A DNA stretch of 64,000 nt, from IMG/VR virus record IMGVR_UViG_3300030060_008074, positions 1 through 64,000 of that record; one strand, written 5' to 3'. Under the pieces are notes generated by a model that searched no databases, had not been told where the DNA came from, and worked only from the letters and a program-made list of their open reading frames with translations. Positions 38,033 through 47,908 of this stretch are shown piece after piece. Position 1 is the stretch's first letter. Every line of letters begins with the position of its first letter. This DNA is from a virus. The position numbers and the translations under genes were made by a program.

Positions 38033-38948
38033 ATTTACCTCCAAATATTTCTGTAGTATCATATCTTTTTATTTGATATGGTTTTTCAAAAATGTCTCTA
38101 ATATTATTTAATCCTCTTTCCATAGTAAATCCTGAAGATAGATTTAGCTCTCTGCATGATTCAAATAATTCTTCACTTATAGCAGTTTGTTCTCCAAACG
38201 GATAACTTATAGAAGAAATTTGTTTTCCAGTTATATTATTTATGTAGTTAATTGAATCAGATATATTTTCCTTTATTTGTTTTTTATCAAGTGTACCAAA
38301 AGAAACATGATTTTTCCCATGAGTTCCTAGGCAGCCAGCTCTAGATAATTCTATTATATTTTCTTTGGACATAAATAATTCTTCACATACATCTGATTCA
38401 CTCTTTTCAGAATATTTATTAAAAGCTTCATCAATGTCTTGATAATTAGCAACAAAATTTAATAAGTATTTTATTTTTGAAGTTTCCAAATTATCAAAAG
38501 GATATTGCGACTTTACATGTTCTAAGTCTAGTGATTCTATTTCTTTTTGATATTTTTCTCTAAAGTATTCAAATATTAAATTATCACCTATATTACTTCT
38601 AAGATAGTGTATCTTATGTGTGTGAGGAATTTTTTTGTATTCTATAGTATCTGATATAGCATAAAATACGGCTGGAATACCTTTTTCTTTCAGTATACTA
38701 TACCCTGTTTCAAAAGACTCTAATAATCCATCATCAAATGTTATTAAGCAAGACTTGCTTGGCATTGAATCATTATCTAAGGTTGAAATTGCTGTGTCTA
38801 GTTCATCTATGGATATAAAATCATAACCGTTAGCGTTTATCAAATCTAACTGTTCTGTGAAGTGCTCTGGTGTGATAGGATATATCCCTTTACTAGGCAT
38901 TATTTTTCTTATGTAGTGATAATTTACAACTAATAAAACTTTATCCAT
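38016..38948 (-). CDS. Polysaccharide deacetylase (NodB/CE4)
   Basis: NYHY, ITFDDG, GTHGKNH, SYPFG. Confidence 0.85.
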   Translation of the reverse strand: MDKVLLVVNYHYIRKIMPSKGIYPITPEHFTEQLDLINANGYDFISIDELDTAISTLDNDSMPSKSCLITFDDGLLESFETGYSILKEKGIPAVFYAISDTIEYKKIPHTHKIHYLRSNIGDNLIFEYFREKYQKEIESLDLEHVKSQYPFDNLETSKIKYLLNFVANYQDIDEAFNKYSEKSESDVCEELFMSKENIIELSRAGCLGTHGKNHVSFGTLDKKQIKENISDSINYINNITGKQISSISYPFGEQTAISEELFESCRELNLSSGFTMERGLNNIRDIFEKPYQIKRYDTTEIFGGKYEMQF

Positions 38949-39654
38949 AGTACTTTTCCAAAACTTTTCTCAAAGATTCTTCATTAAAATCTTTTTTCTT
39001 ATAGTAAAACTTTTGTTTAATTTTATCCTGTTTTTTTGGTTGTATACTATTTTTACTATATGCTTCTAATACTCCCGGGATATTTTTTACAGATTTCATA
39101 AATAGTTTATTTGTTGTATCGTAGTAATTATCTCCATCTTCCATATCTATTTTAACAGTTTCTAATATATCTCCTCCATCAACAATCGTGTTTGCTAAAT
39201 GTATCGTTGTTCCTAAATTTTTAAGGTCATCGTTAAAAAATGTCCAAAAAAGAGTTGCTGCTCCTCTGTATCTAGGGCTCAAACCTAAATGTAAATTTAT
39301 TATCCTGTCTTTGAACGCATTACACCATTCGTCTTTTAATAATCCTGCTCCATACAATAATATATAATCAGGATTTAATTTTTTTGCCCAATCTATATTT
39401 TCTATGTCATTTACTCTGCCTGCAGGAATGCACCTTACATCACAATTAGGATAGCCGTTATATTTATTTAGATATTTTTCTTCGTACATTTTCATCTTAG
39501 AAAAATGTTCATTTACAAAACTATTTTTTCTTTGAGAATTAAAGTAGTCTGAATGGGGTTCTGTAATTATTCCTGCTACATCTAAGGTTTCGCTTAGATA
39601 ATTACAGTAATACCTATGTCTTATTTGACTTCCTGTTAAAATAACTACTTTCAT
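38941..39654 (-). CDS. Formyltransferase-family protein
   Basis: INLHLGLSPRYRG...GTTIH...VDGGDI. Confidence 0.85.
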   Translation of the reverse strand: MKVVILTGSQIRHRYYCNYLSETLDVAGIITEPHSDYFNSQRKNSFVNEHFSKMKMYEEKYLNKYNGYPNCDVRCIPAGRVNDIENIDWAKKLNPDYILLYGAGLLKDEWCNAFKDRIINLHLGLSPRYRGAATLFWTFFNDDLKNLGTTIHLANTIVDGGDILETVKIDMEDGDNYYDTTNKLFMKSVKNIPGVLEAYSKNSIQPKKQDKIKQKFYYKKKDFNEESLRKVLEKYYG

Positions 39655-40385
39655 GTTCTTATACTCAAATAGCCTTCAGACTCTAAATTTTTTGTAGCTT
39701 CTAGTTCTCCCTTAAAGCTATGAATCAATCCTCCGCATGAAAGTGGAGCCATTGTATAGTATTTAGAAGATGGAAACTCTGCATCCTGTCTTCCACCATA
39801 AAAACTATATCCATATATATTAACCTTTTTGAATAGCATTACAGCTAAAATTATGGCTATAAAACCAGTAGTTGATTCTTTACCGTTTGTTAAGGCATTA
39901 GAATATGTTTCTAGTTCTCTATCTATATAGCTTATTTTATTATTTCCATTCATATGTAAATCTAATATTCCAAATACCCTATCTAAATTTGAAGGGTAAG
40001 GTCTAACGATAAAATGTTCATTCTTTAATCTTGGAAACCATGTTGCTGAAGGAAGTCCTAATGTTCCACCTGTTTCAAAACTTATGCTAGAAAAAGTTTT
40101 TCCAGATATTAACCGTAAATCTGTTCTACTTCCAACCCAATCTTCAAAACCTTCTATTCTAGCAGCGTTTGACCTTATTATGAAATCATGGCTGTCTATT
40201 TCTTTACCTAGTTTTTTATCTAGTATGTTTGGAGCACTACCAATAACTGCACATGATTTGTCAGAAAAATCAGAATCGAAACTGTTTATACCTGTAAAGT
40301 ATGATATTACTTCATCTTTTGAGTATTTGCCATTATATTTTTTTAAGGCTTCTGCTAATTCTGTATTTTTTACAAACGTATTCAT
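39651..40385 (-). CDS. GT29-family (animal-type) sialyltransferase
   Basis: Sialylmotif L (SCAVIGSAP.IL...LGKEIDSHDFIIRSNAA...GFEDWVGSRT), S (STTGFIAIILA....KVNIYGY), motif III-like YY, VS (HSFKGE). Confidence 0.85.
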   Translation of the reverse strand: MNTFVKNTELAEALKKYNGKYSKDEVISYFTGINSFDSDFSDKSCAVIGSAPNILDKKLGKEIDSHDFIIRSNAARIEGFEDWVGSRTDLRLISGKTFSSISFETGGTLGLPSATWFPRLKNEHFIVRPYPSNLDRVFGILDLHMNGNNKISYIDRELETYSNALTNGKESTTGFIAIILAVMLFKKVNIYGYSFYGGRQDAEFPSSKYYTMAPLSCGGLIHSFKGELEATKNLESEGYLSIRT

Positions 40386-40386
40386 A

Positions 40387-40980
40387 TTATTTATATGCAT
40401 TTACACACAATTGACCGTCTTGTTTGTGTGGGTCCATACTCTCTATTCCTGTTCTCTCAACTTTAGAAAAACCAACATGCTTTAATAAATTTTCTAACAT
40501 ATCATATGTCCAACCTGCCACGTGGCTTATAGAACCGTAAACATTTCCATTTTTATCTGTTAAGTAAGTTTCTGGTCTAGCAGCATTTGCTTCACTACCA
40601 CAAACCCCAGCCATTAACATTCCTCCTACACCCATTATTGGATATATTCCTCTATTTGCCATAGAACCCCAATGATTTTTACTCCTGCTCCACTGAGATG
40701 GGTCGTTATTGTTGTATGCCTCTATCATTTTTCCTAGGTCTGGACAAACAGTTCTAAATTTTCCACCTATTTCTAGCTTTCTATATATCTTATTTATCAC
40801 TAATTCTATATTGCAATACGGTATATGCTCTATTACGTGAGACCAATAAACATCCGTTAAGTATCCATCTGAGCAAGATATTTCATCAAAGACTATGTTT
40901 GCTCCTCCATTATTGTATCCAAATTCTGTCCATCCTGGAAGGTTTCTATTTCCGCCTATCTCTAGTTTCTTATTCAACAC
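40387..40980 (-). CDS. Class I SAM-dependent methyltransferase
   Basis: LEIGG, VYWSHVIEH, L..GG.FR..CPD; GTG start. Confidence 0.75.
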   Translation of the reverse strand: MLNKKLEIGGNRNLPGWTEFGYNNGGANIVFDEISCSDGYLTDVYWSHVIEHIPYCNIELVINKIYRKLEIGGKFRTVCPDLGKMIEAYNNNDPSQWSRSKNHWGSMANRGIYPIMGVGGMLMAGVCGSEANAARPETYLTDKNGNVYGSISHVAGWTYDMLENLLKHVGFSKVERTGIESMDPHKQDGQLCVNAYK

Positions 40981-41828
40981 TAATCTCCTTTATATTTTTT
41001 TCTAGCTCCCTCTTCACATGGTAAAACATATTTTTGTGTTATCCCAAGAGCTTCTTCTAGATTTCTAACAGACTCACAAACTCTTTTCATTCCACCAGGT
41101 TCTAAAGATGCTGCCTGATCAGAGCCTTTCATAGTTCTATCAGTTGTAAAGTGTCTTTCTAACCACGTTGCTCCTAAAGCCACTGCTCCAGCTTCAACTC
41201 CTCCATTTGCTGACCTAAAGTGTCCAGAGAATCCAATTTTTGCCCAAGGAAATTCTTCTTTATATGTTTTAAGTACATTTAGATTAACATCCTTTTCATC
41301 ACATGGGTATGTAGAAGTACATTGCATAACCACAACATCATTTGTGTGAGATTTTAATATATTCATAGTTTCTTCGACTTCTTCCATAATACACATACCA
41401 GTTGAAACAAGTATTGGCTTATTAAAAGTCATAACATGTTTTATTAAGTCGTGCTTAGACGTTTCAGCTGAGCCAAACTTATATATTTCTTGCCCTAATT
41501 CTTCCATTTCATTTGCACTATTTATATCAAAAACAGTATTAAATGCTTTCAACCCTAAACTATTAGCATAGTCAAATAATTCTTTCCATTGTTCTTTACT
41601 AAATTCTAGAGCCTCTTTGTGTTCTCCATATGTTTTTCCAAAACTGTTTGGATTATCGTATGGACGATTATATTGTTCTTCAGTCAAACATTCTGAAGGC
41701 GTTCTTTTTTGGCCTTTAATATAATCTACGCCACATTTTGCCGCTGCCTTAATAATTTTTTTGGCCAACTTCATATCACCACAGTGATTGATTCCCATTT
41801 CTGCAATTATTTTAGTATTAAATTTCAT
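40980..41828 (-). CDS. neuB: N-acetylneuraminate(-9-phosphate) synthase family, lacking the C-terminal SAF domain
   Basis: IIAEMGINHCGD, K.QKR, GKTYGEHK..LEFS, STGM, QCTSTYP, GFSGH, ERHFT.D....GSDQAASLEP. Confidence 0.9.
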   Translation of the reverse strand: MKFNTKIIAEMGINHCGDMKLAKKIIKAAAKCGVDYIKGQKRTPSECLTEEQYNRPYDNPNSFGKTYGEHKEALEFSKEQWKELFDYANSLGLKAFNTVFDINSANEMEELGQEIYKFGSAETSKHDLIKHVMTFNKPILVSTGMCIMEEVEETMNILKSHTNDVVVMQCTSTYPCDEKDVNLNVLKTYKEEFPWAKIGFSGHFRSANGGVEAGAVALGATWLERHFTTDRTMKGSDQAASLEPGGMKRVCESVRNLEEALGITQKYVLPCEEGARKKYKGD

Positions 41829-42495
41829 CAAAATTCTCCTTAAACCTTTTCGTTATTAGATGCGGTCTAGTTATGGCTGTTCCTATAACTATATTACTGG
41901 CACCGTTTTGTTTTGCAAAATATACATGTTCCTTTGTTGAATACCTACCTTCAGCTATTATTGGTAATATAGATTTTTCTGACAAAAGTTTTAGAAAATC
42001 AAAGTCAGGTTCTTCAGTAGGTTCGCAATATTCAGTATATCCACTAAGTGTTGTAGAAAGCATTTTACATCCACATTTTTCAGCCATATGTATGTGTTTA
42101 TTCATAAGGCCAGGATAAGCCATATCTCCTATTACAGGCACACTAGTCAGTTCACAAATATCTCTTAAATTTTTCCAACCATCTTTTACGGTTAATGCAT
42201 CCTTTCTACCAGTTGCATCAGCTGCTATGTAATCTGCACCTGCGGCTTCTATTAGTTTAGCCTCCAAGATAGAAGGAGTTATCCACACTTTACCTGTAGT
42301 GTATTTCTTTTTTATTAGTCCTATTACAGGTATATCTACCTCTTTCTTAACTGCTGATATATTATCTACACCTTCTATTCTTACTGCAACTGCTCCTCCT
42401 CTCTCAGCCTCTTTTGCTAGAGCAACAATAGACTGAATGTTATTAAGATAACTACCTTCTTCTGCTTGACAGGATACTATTATTCCTTTATCCAT
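41818..42495 (-). CDS. nanE: N-acetylmannosamine-6-phosphate 2-epimerase
   Basis: IVSCQA, PVIGLIKK, ITP, DAT.R, TTLSGYT, IIAEGR, GTAITRP. Confidence 0.9.
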   Translation of the reverse strand: MDKGIIVSCQAEEGSYLNNIQSIVALAKEAERGGAVAVRIEGVDNISAVKKEVDIPVIGLIKKKYTTGKVWITPSILEAKLIEAAGADYIAADATGRKDALTVKDGWKNLRDICELTSVPVIGDMAYPGLMNKHIHMAEKCGCKMLSTTLSGYTEYCEPTEEPDFDFLKLLSEKSILPIIAEGRYSTKEHVYFAKQNGASNIVIGTAITRPHLITKRFKENFDEI

Positions 42496-43507
42496 TTCTT
42501 TCCTTTCTCTGTCTTTTTACTGCCTCTGAAAAAGCATAATCCTTATATTCAGGCTTTCTAGCATCTTCCCATGTAAAAGATTTCCAACTAGGATTAAAAA
42601 GATTATAGCAGTTCGCCTCTGACATTTGATGAGCGGTTAGATACCAATCACTAGCCTCTCTTCTACCTTGCATGGATATATCCATATCTTCTCCTTGTAC
42701 ATACATTCTCTTTTTAGGGTGTTTTCTATTATGAACAAGTAGTATATTTTTTATTACGTATTGAGGTATATTTCCTAAAACTCTATTGGTCATGTGTTGA
42801 AAAGCAGTATCTTCATGTACAAAGAATACAGATTTTGGAATGTTTACGCCCGCCTTTATTACTTCTGAAGATATAACCAATCCGCATCCGTTAAATTTAT
42901 GTGGAGAAACTATCCTAACGTCTAAATCTTCTACACCTTCATTTATATTATCCATCTCTTGCTTATTCATAGTATATTTCAAGCTCCACCATTTATCACT
43001 GTCATCTGTGTGGTCTACAAAAGGTTTATCAGTAAAGTCTGGGTGCTCTAATACTTTCCAACTATCATCCCACATTTTGCATGTACCAAAAAATGATAGG
43101 TATTTTGGATTTTTATCCTTTATACCTTGGTGTAATATATCTAATACTTGAAAGGTTTGTCTAGGTATTAAAGAGTCAGATTCTCCCCACATTAAAACGT
43201 CTACCTTATTACAGTATCTAGTGTTAAATCTTCTCCTATAATCTGCTATCGTTACTAACTTACAACTGATTTTAATTTTAATATCCTCACCTAAAATAGC
43301 TATAGCACTCTTTATTTTACGTTCACAGTATTTCATTTTCTCTGCAGATACAGGTTTTTCTAGCTCTTCATTTGTAGTTACGTGAAAATCAACAATGACT
43401 TCTCCATCATAAGATTTTATAGCATCCAATAGAGATATAACATATTCTTCTATTATTTCTGCTTCATACCACTGTACTAAACATCCTATTGCAAATTTTG
43501 TTTTCAT
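42488..43507 (-). CDS. Putative GT-A glycosyltransferase
   Basis: WGESD (DxD-like), HEDT, LLVH; context. Confidence 0.5.
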   Translation of the reverse strand: MKTKFAIGCLVQWYEAEIIEEYVISLLDAIKSYDGEVIVDFHVTTNEELEKPVSAEKMKYCERKIKSAIAILGEDIKIKISCKLVTIADYRRRFNTRYCNKVDVLMWGESDSLIPRQTFQVLDILHQGIKDKNPKYLSFFGTCKMWDDSWKVLEHPDFTDKPFVDHTDDSDKWWSLKYTMNKQEMDNINEGVEDLDVRIVSPHKFNGCGLVISSEVIKAGVNIPKSVFFVHEDTAFQHMTNRVLGNIPQYVIKNILLVHNRKHPKKRMYVQGEDMDISMQGRREASDWYLTAHQMSEANCYNLFNPSWKSFTWEDARKPEYKDYAFSEAVKRQRKERNG

Positions 43508-44283
43508 AATTCTATCCTAGGTATACCAGTATAACCTGGATTTATTTTAGACGTCATTTCTAATTCTATTCCTTTATCCTTCAACCAATAAAATAGGTTT
43601 TTGGTAGAATCTGCTACTAGTAATATTTCTTCTTTTGTCATTTCAAACTTTCCAAACTGAACCCTAGAAGGGTCATAACTATGTTCTTGCCATACACATC
43701 TAGTTTTATCAAACTCTTCCATGTTTGGGTCTCCTATATCCCAGCCAACCAATACAAACTTTTTAACTCCCATCAAGATACCGGTAGGTATACACATCTC
43801 ATACATAGTTCCAGGACCCCAAGGCCTTTCAAATTGAGAGTCAAACAATAACGAATCAAAGTCTCCTTTAGCACAAACTGAAGAATCAAATTTTGGAAAG
43901 CTATCATTTCTAAAATTAGGAATCATAAAATCACACCTAATATTATTTTGCATGATTATATGTGGGTGTTGCTGGTCCCATATAATAAATGGAACGATTG
44001 TATGAAGGTTGTCTCCATAATCATAATTTGTGAAATTAACAAAGTTATTAAAATGAAAATCTACTGTATCCTTCAGTACATCAAAAGACTGTTTTATTGA
44101 AAAAACTAATTTATCAGAAAGTACATCGTTCAAATATTCAGGAGTATAATCTTTGAGAGATGGACCAGCCGCTACTATGTACGCAGTTTCTCCTTCAAAG
44201 GCTCCTCTTAAAACTTCAAGTCTTTCTTGACTAGTTTCAAGCATCAACATTTTTTTTCTTAATTCTAATGTTTTGCTTTTCAT
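43504..44283 (-). CDS. DUF115/MptE-like (Maf-type) putative nonulosonate transferase
   Basis: AYIVAAGPSL...GT......MGVKKFVLVGWD; fold family related to GT29/Maf. Confidence 0.65.
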   Translation of the reverse strand: MKSKTLELRKKMLMLETSQERLEVLRGAFEGETAYIVAAGPSLKDYTPEYLNDVLSDKLVFSIKQSFDVLKDTVDFHFNNFVNFTNYDYGDNLHTIVPFIIWDQQHPHIIMQNNIRCDFMIPNFRNDSFPKFDSSVCAKGDFDSLLFDSQFERPWGPGTMYEMCIPTGILMGVKKFVLVGWDIGDPNMEEFDKTRCVWQEHSYDPSRVQFGKFEMTKEEILLVADSTKNLFYWLKDKGIELEMTSKINPGYTGIPRIEL

Positions 44284-44285
44284 AA

Positions 44286-45323
44286 TTATCTCGTCTGTAA
44301 ATAAGGGTCTATTCCATGTTTTAAGCAGTATTCATCACTTGTTAAATTGCTGTCTACTAAACGTTCAACAAGTCTCAGCGCATTATCCCAGTTTCTAAAT
44401 TCAACCGCTTTATCATCAATATATGCCACCGCTCTAGGCTTTTCAGAAGTTACCTTTGATACAAATTTTGCCATATCGTATTTCTTTAACCATTCCCAAA
44501 CAAGTTCAGTACCTGTTTTTCCATTAACTAATCCTCTATCTGGTTTTGCCTTTGCAGTAAATATTATTACAGTATATTTTTTAGATAATTCTTCCAATGC
44601 CTCATACGAGCCTTCTATAGGTTCGTCATATATAGTACCATCATAAAATCCTTTACTATTTTTATGTATAACTCCATCAAAGTCTACTCCTATATTTGTT
44701 AACTCGTCTGGGTAAGAATTTGCTCTAATCTTATCTCCTTTCCAGTTTAATCTAGCTAATTCTTCAGGAGTATTTTTGCCTATAGGAGGGCATTCATTAC
44801 CTGAGCCGTGAGTAAGCTGGTATTGTAATAGTAAACTTAAGCATTCAGCTGTATGATAATAATCTACACCTAATATTACTTGTGTTAAACCTTTTATAGA
44901 TTCAGCTATAGGCTTAGCTGTTATTAAACAAGTTTCCATTCCATTATCAGATGCCCACTGTAAAGCTTTGTTTACGTCTTTTGATTTACCTGATGAAGAT
45001 ATTCCATATACCAAAGACTTTTTCATTTGTGATTTAGTACGGGTTGAGGTTCTTTGTTGTAGCCATGCAACCATCCATTGGTCAAAGTTTGTATCATTTA
45101 TTAGTGAAGTTGCAACAACACAACTACCTGGACACATTGCGTTCTTTGTACCATTTGAAAGTCTTGTCATATCAACAGCAGTATGGTCAGCTACTCCCAT
45201 ATTACCACCATGACCAAGTACATAAATGTCATTGCACTTATTATATTTTTTTTGTAATTCTTGCCATTCTGGTCCAGAAACTATTTCTGTAAATCTATGG
45301 CCAATGTTTTCAATATTCATCAT
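44286..45323 (-). CDS. Fusion of SIS (GmhA-like phosphosugar isomerase) and HAD phosphatase
   Basis: N-terminal G.GG...ADH, ND, GISSSG.S.DV; C-terminal VDFDGVIH, FTA, KP, YIDDKA. Confidence 0.8.
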   Translation of the reverse strand: MMNIENIGHRFTEIVSGPEWQELQKKYNKCNDIYVLGHGGNMGVADHTAVDMTRLSNGTKNAMCPGSCVVATSLINDTNFDQWMVAWLQQRTSTRTKSQMKKSLVYGISSSGKSKDVNKALQWASDNGMETCLITAKPIAESIKGLTQVILGVDYYHTAECLSLLLQYQLTHGSGNECPPIGKNTPEELARLNWKGDKIRANSYPDELTNIGVDFDGVIHKNSKGFYDGTIYDEPIEGSYEALEELSKKYTVIIFTAKAKPDRGLVNGKTGTELVWEWLKKYDMAKFVSKVTSEKPRAVAYIDDKAVEFRNWDNALRLVERLVDSNLTSDEYCLKHGIDPYLQTR

Positions 45324-45348
45324 AATTTTATTCTCCTATTTATTATAT

Positions 45349-45379
45349 AATATAATAAAATTTTTTGACATGGTAAATT
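45349..45379 (-). promoter_or_regulatory. Class A promoter motif
   Basis: Minus strand AATTTACCATGTCAAAAAATTTTATTATATT then AGGAG SD. Confidence 0.6.
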
Positions 45380-46055
45380 ATTTGTCTAATTTTTTTATTG
45401 CATCTATTAACATTGTTGTGTCCATTCCTAGAGCATAGAATCCATATCCATCTAAGTCATGAGATTTTATATCTTCTGTTTTTACTAAATGTACTCCTCT
45501 AAGCTCTTTTGGTATCATGTTAATTTTTTCTAAATACTCTTTGTATTCTTTATTATCCCATTCTCCAACACAACCTAAGCTAGCAGATAAATCGTATGGT
45601 CCAACTAAGTAATAATCAAATGGCATATTATACAATTCCTCTAAGTTATCAACAGCCTCTTTTGTTTCTATCTGTGCTATAACTATTGGCATAATATTTT
45701 GCAGTTTGTCTTTACCCCAAAAATTTTCTCTAACTAATCCTTGGCCTCTTTTACCTCCGTGTTTAGGGTATTTACAGTAATCAATGATTTCCTGTGCCTG
45801 ATTTTCATTTTCAACTGTAGAAAATATTATTCCTGTTGCACCTGCGTCTAAACACATTCTAACCAGGGCCTTATCTAAATGGGAAACTCTAACAAAGCAA
45901 TTTTTTCTTCTAAGAGTTATTATCTGTATTGAAGTATAAAGGTTTTCATTATTAAAGGCTCCATGTTCTGTATCTAACACGATGCCGTCATAGTCTGAAT
46001 CTGCATATATTTCAGATATTATTGTAGATGATATTTGTTGCCAAAGTAGTTTCAT
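45378..46055 (-). CDS. HpcH/HpaI-family pyruvate aldolase
   Basis: LDTEHG, VRV, LDAGA.G, YP..G.RG, QIET..AV.N, GPYDLSASLG. Confidence 0.9.
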   Translation of the reverse strand: MKLLWQQISSTIISEIYADSDYDGIVLDTEHGAFNNENLYTSIQIITLRRKNCFVRVSHLDKALVRMCLDAGATGIIFSTVENENQAQEIIDYCKYPKHGGKRGQGLVRENFWGKDKLQNIMPIVIAQIETKEAVDNLEELYNMPFDYYLVGPYDLSASLGCVGEWDNKEYKEYLEKINMIPKELRGVHLVKTEDIKSHDLDGYGFYALGMDTTMLIDAIKKLDK

Positions 46056-46780
46056 TATTTTTTCTCAACTAAACTTAGTCTATCTTCTTCTGTGTCTACA
46101 CTTTTACTATCGTGATCGGTATATTTCATAGAAACTTCTATATCATTTTCTAATAGCCTTAATAATCCTATGCCTTCCATATTTTCTAAATATGTTGGTT
46201 CTAGTTTTACGTATCGTTGAAGGCTATCATAGTCAAAAGAATAAACACCTAATTGTTTATACACTTTTTCTTTCAAATTTTTTCTACGAGTTTTTTCATC
46301 TCTAAACGGTATAGAATATCTAGAAAAATAAATTGCTTTTCCTGAATTACTGATTACTACCTTTACACAATTTGGGTCAAATATTTCTTCTATATCTTTT
46401 ACTTCTGTATAAAAATTTGTTATTTCGTTTGATAAATCAACGTTCAACGTATCAACATTAAAAAATGGCTCATCTCCTTGAATAATAATATACCTATCTG
46501 CATTTTCAGCCCTGTGCTTTAATATTTTAGCTGTTTCAGCGGCTCTATCGATACAATCAGGATGATTTGGATCTGTGTAAACATAATCTATATTATACTT
46601 CTCGCATACATCTGCTATTCTCTTATCGTCTAAGGCAACATATACCTTTTTCCAATTATTCCACTTTTTAACTGAATTATACACGTGCCATATCATGGGT
46701 TTACCATTTATATCACATAAAGGTTTTCCAGGCAATCTAGATGAGCCGTATCTGGCAGGTATTATTCCTATATATTCCAT
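46055..46780 (-). CDS. kdsB: CMP-Kdo synthetase-like cytidylyltransferase
   Basis: IIPARYGSSRLPGKPL, QGDEP, VKVV, YFSR..IP, LE..E...LLR.LEN, VDT.ED. Confidence 0.9.
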   Translation of the reverse strand: MEYIGIIPARYGSSRLPGKPLCDINGKPMIWHVYNSVKKWNNWKKVYVALDDKRIADVCEKYNIDYVYTDPNHPDCIDRAAETAKILKHRAENADRYIIIQGDEPFFNVDTLNVDLSNEITNFYTEVKDIEEIFDPNCVKVVISNSGKAIYFSRYSIPFRDEKTRRKNLKEKVYKQLGVYSFDYDSLQRYVKLEPTYLENMEGIGLLRLLENDIEVSMKYTDHDSKSVDTEEDRLSLVEKK

Positions 46781-46782
46781 AA

Positions 46783-47409
46783 TTATATTGTGTCGTAAAA
46801 TGCGTTTTGTTTCTCTTGTCTTCCTATGTCCTTTGGGTGATACAATGCATACTTTTCCTCAGCTGGAAGATTTGCAAATTTAGTATAACCTTTCAATTGT
46901 TCATGGACTGGTTTTATCCAGTAGATTTCTTCTTTGTTTCTATATATTCTCATCTGCCAGTCTGGAAAGTTTACCCATCCCATATCATCAACTCTCCAAC
47001 CCCATTTGGCAATATGCGCATCTGTTATTCCTGCGACTGTGTTTACTCTAGGAACCCAATATGCTTGAACATCGTCATTCGCTTCTAATATAAACGGTAA
47101 AGCTTCTATCAGATATTCGTTTGGTATTTCATCTGCGTCTATTTGAAATATCCAGTTACCATTGCAACTTTTGTTTAATTTATTTTTGTATTCTGCAAAA
47201 TTCTTATTTAATGCATATTGATTAAGAGAATATTCTGACGCGGGTTTAGTTTCAAATCTTTCACATACGCCTATTACCTCTTGAGTTGAATTCATATCCA
47301 TTTGAACCACTACCTCATCTTGTTTTCTTTTGTGCTCGAATAAAAATGTTAATAACTTTTCTATTTCTTTATGTTCATTACATACTGTAATTGCATAACT
47401 AATTTTCAT
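46783..47409 (-). CDS. Glycosyltransferase family 2
   Basis: ISYAITVCNE, WIFQIDADE, PDWQ.R, VHE. Confidence 0.85.
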   Translation of the reverse strand: MKISYAITVCNEHKEIEKLLTFLFEHKRKQDEVVVQMDMNSTQEVIGVCERFETKPASEYSLNQYALNKNFAEYKNKLNKSCNGNWIFQIDADEIPNEYLIEALPFILEANDDVQAYWVPRVNTVAGITDAHIAKWGWRVDDMGWVNFPDWQMRIYRNKEEIYWIKPVHEQLKGYTKFANLPAEEKYALYHPKDIGRQEKQNAFYDTI

Positions 47410-47415
47410 AACCTA

Positions 47416-47907
47416 TTACTCCTGTTTTGTTTTACCGTCTCTATCTTCCAATAAAAATTTATTTTCTATTGTATCACTAAATTTATAGTCAACTAAAAAC
47501 ATCTTGTTAAAATGTTGTATATCAAATGTCCTATAACTTGCTCCCCATTTTGTTTGCATATCTTTTTTTAGAAAAGAGGCATAAAATCTCTGTGAAGATG
47601 TTCTCATTTCTAGTTTTGGAATGTTTAATTTTCTCTTCTTTTGAAACTGTGGTATATAAACTAATCCAACATCTTCTGCAAGTTGATTTAATCTAACATT
47701 AGAAAAATTATCTAAAGTTAGCGCATGAACCTTTTTCTTAAAAAATGGATTCAAAACCAATATCATATATTCTCTTGCAGAATCTCTAGTTTTTCCTGAA
47801 AGTATAGGTGAATATCTAATTCTTAGAATCATTCCTTTTTCTATTCTACTTTTACTAACCTGTACTTGAGAATTTATTCTTACCCTATGTTCATTCAGTT
47901 TACCCAT
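47416..47907 (-). CDS. Hypothetical basic phage protein
   Basis: 163-aa ORF; LVLNP...HAL...YRTF pattern, no confident family. Confidence 0.55.
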   Translation of the reverse strand: MGKLNEHRVRINSQVQVSKSRIEKGMILRIRYSPILSGKTRDSAREYMILVLNPFFKKKVHALTLDNFSNVRLNQLAEDVGLVYIPQFQKKRKLNIPKLEMRTSSQRFYASFLKKDMQTKWGASYRTFDIQHFNKMFLVDYKFSDTIENKFLLEDRDGKTKQE

Positions 47908-47908
47908 A

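Noticed and set aside
47416-47907. Possible T4 gp2-like DNA end-protector
   Set aside because: Only a vague resemblance; not supportable without a profile search
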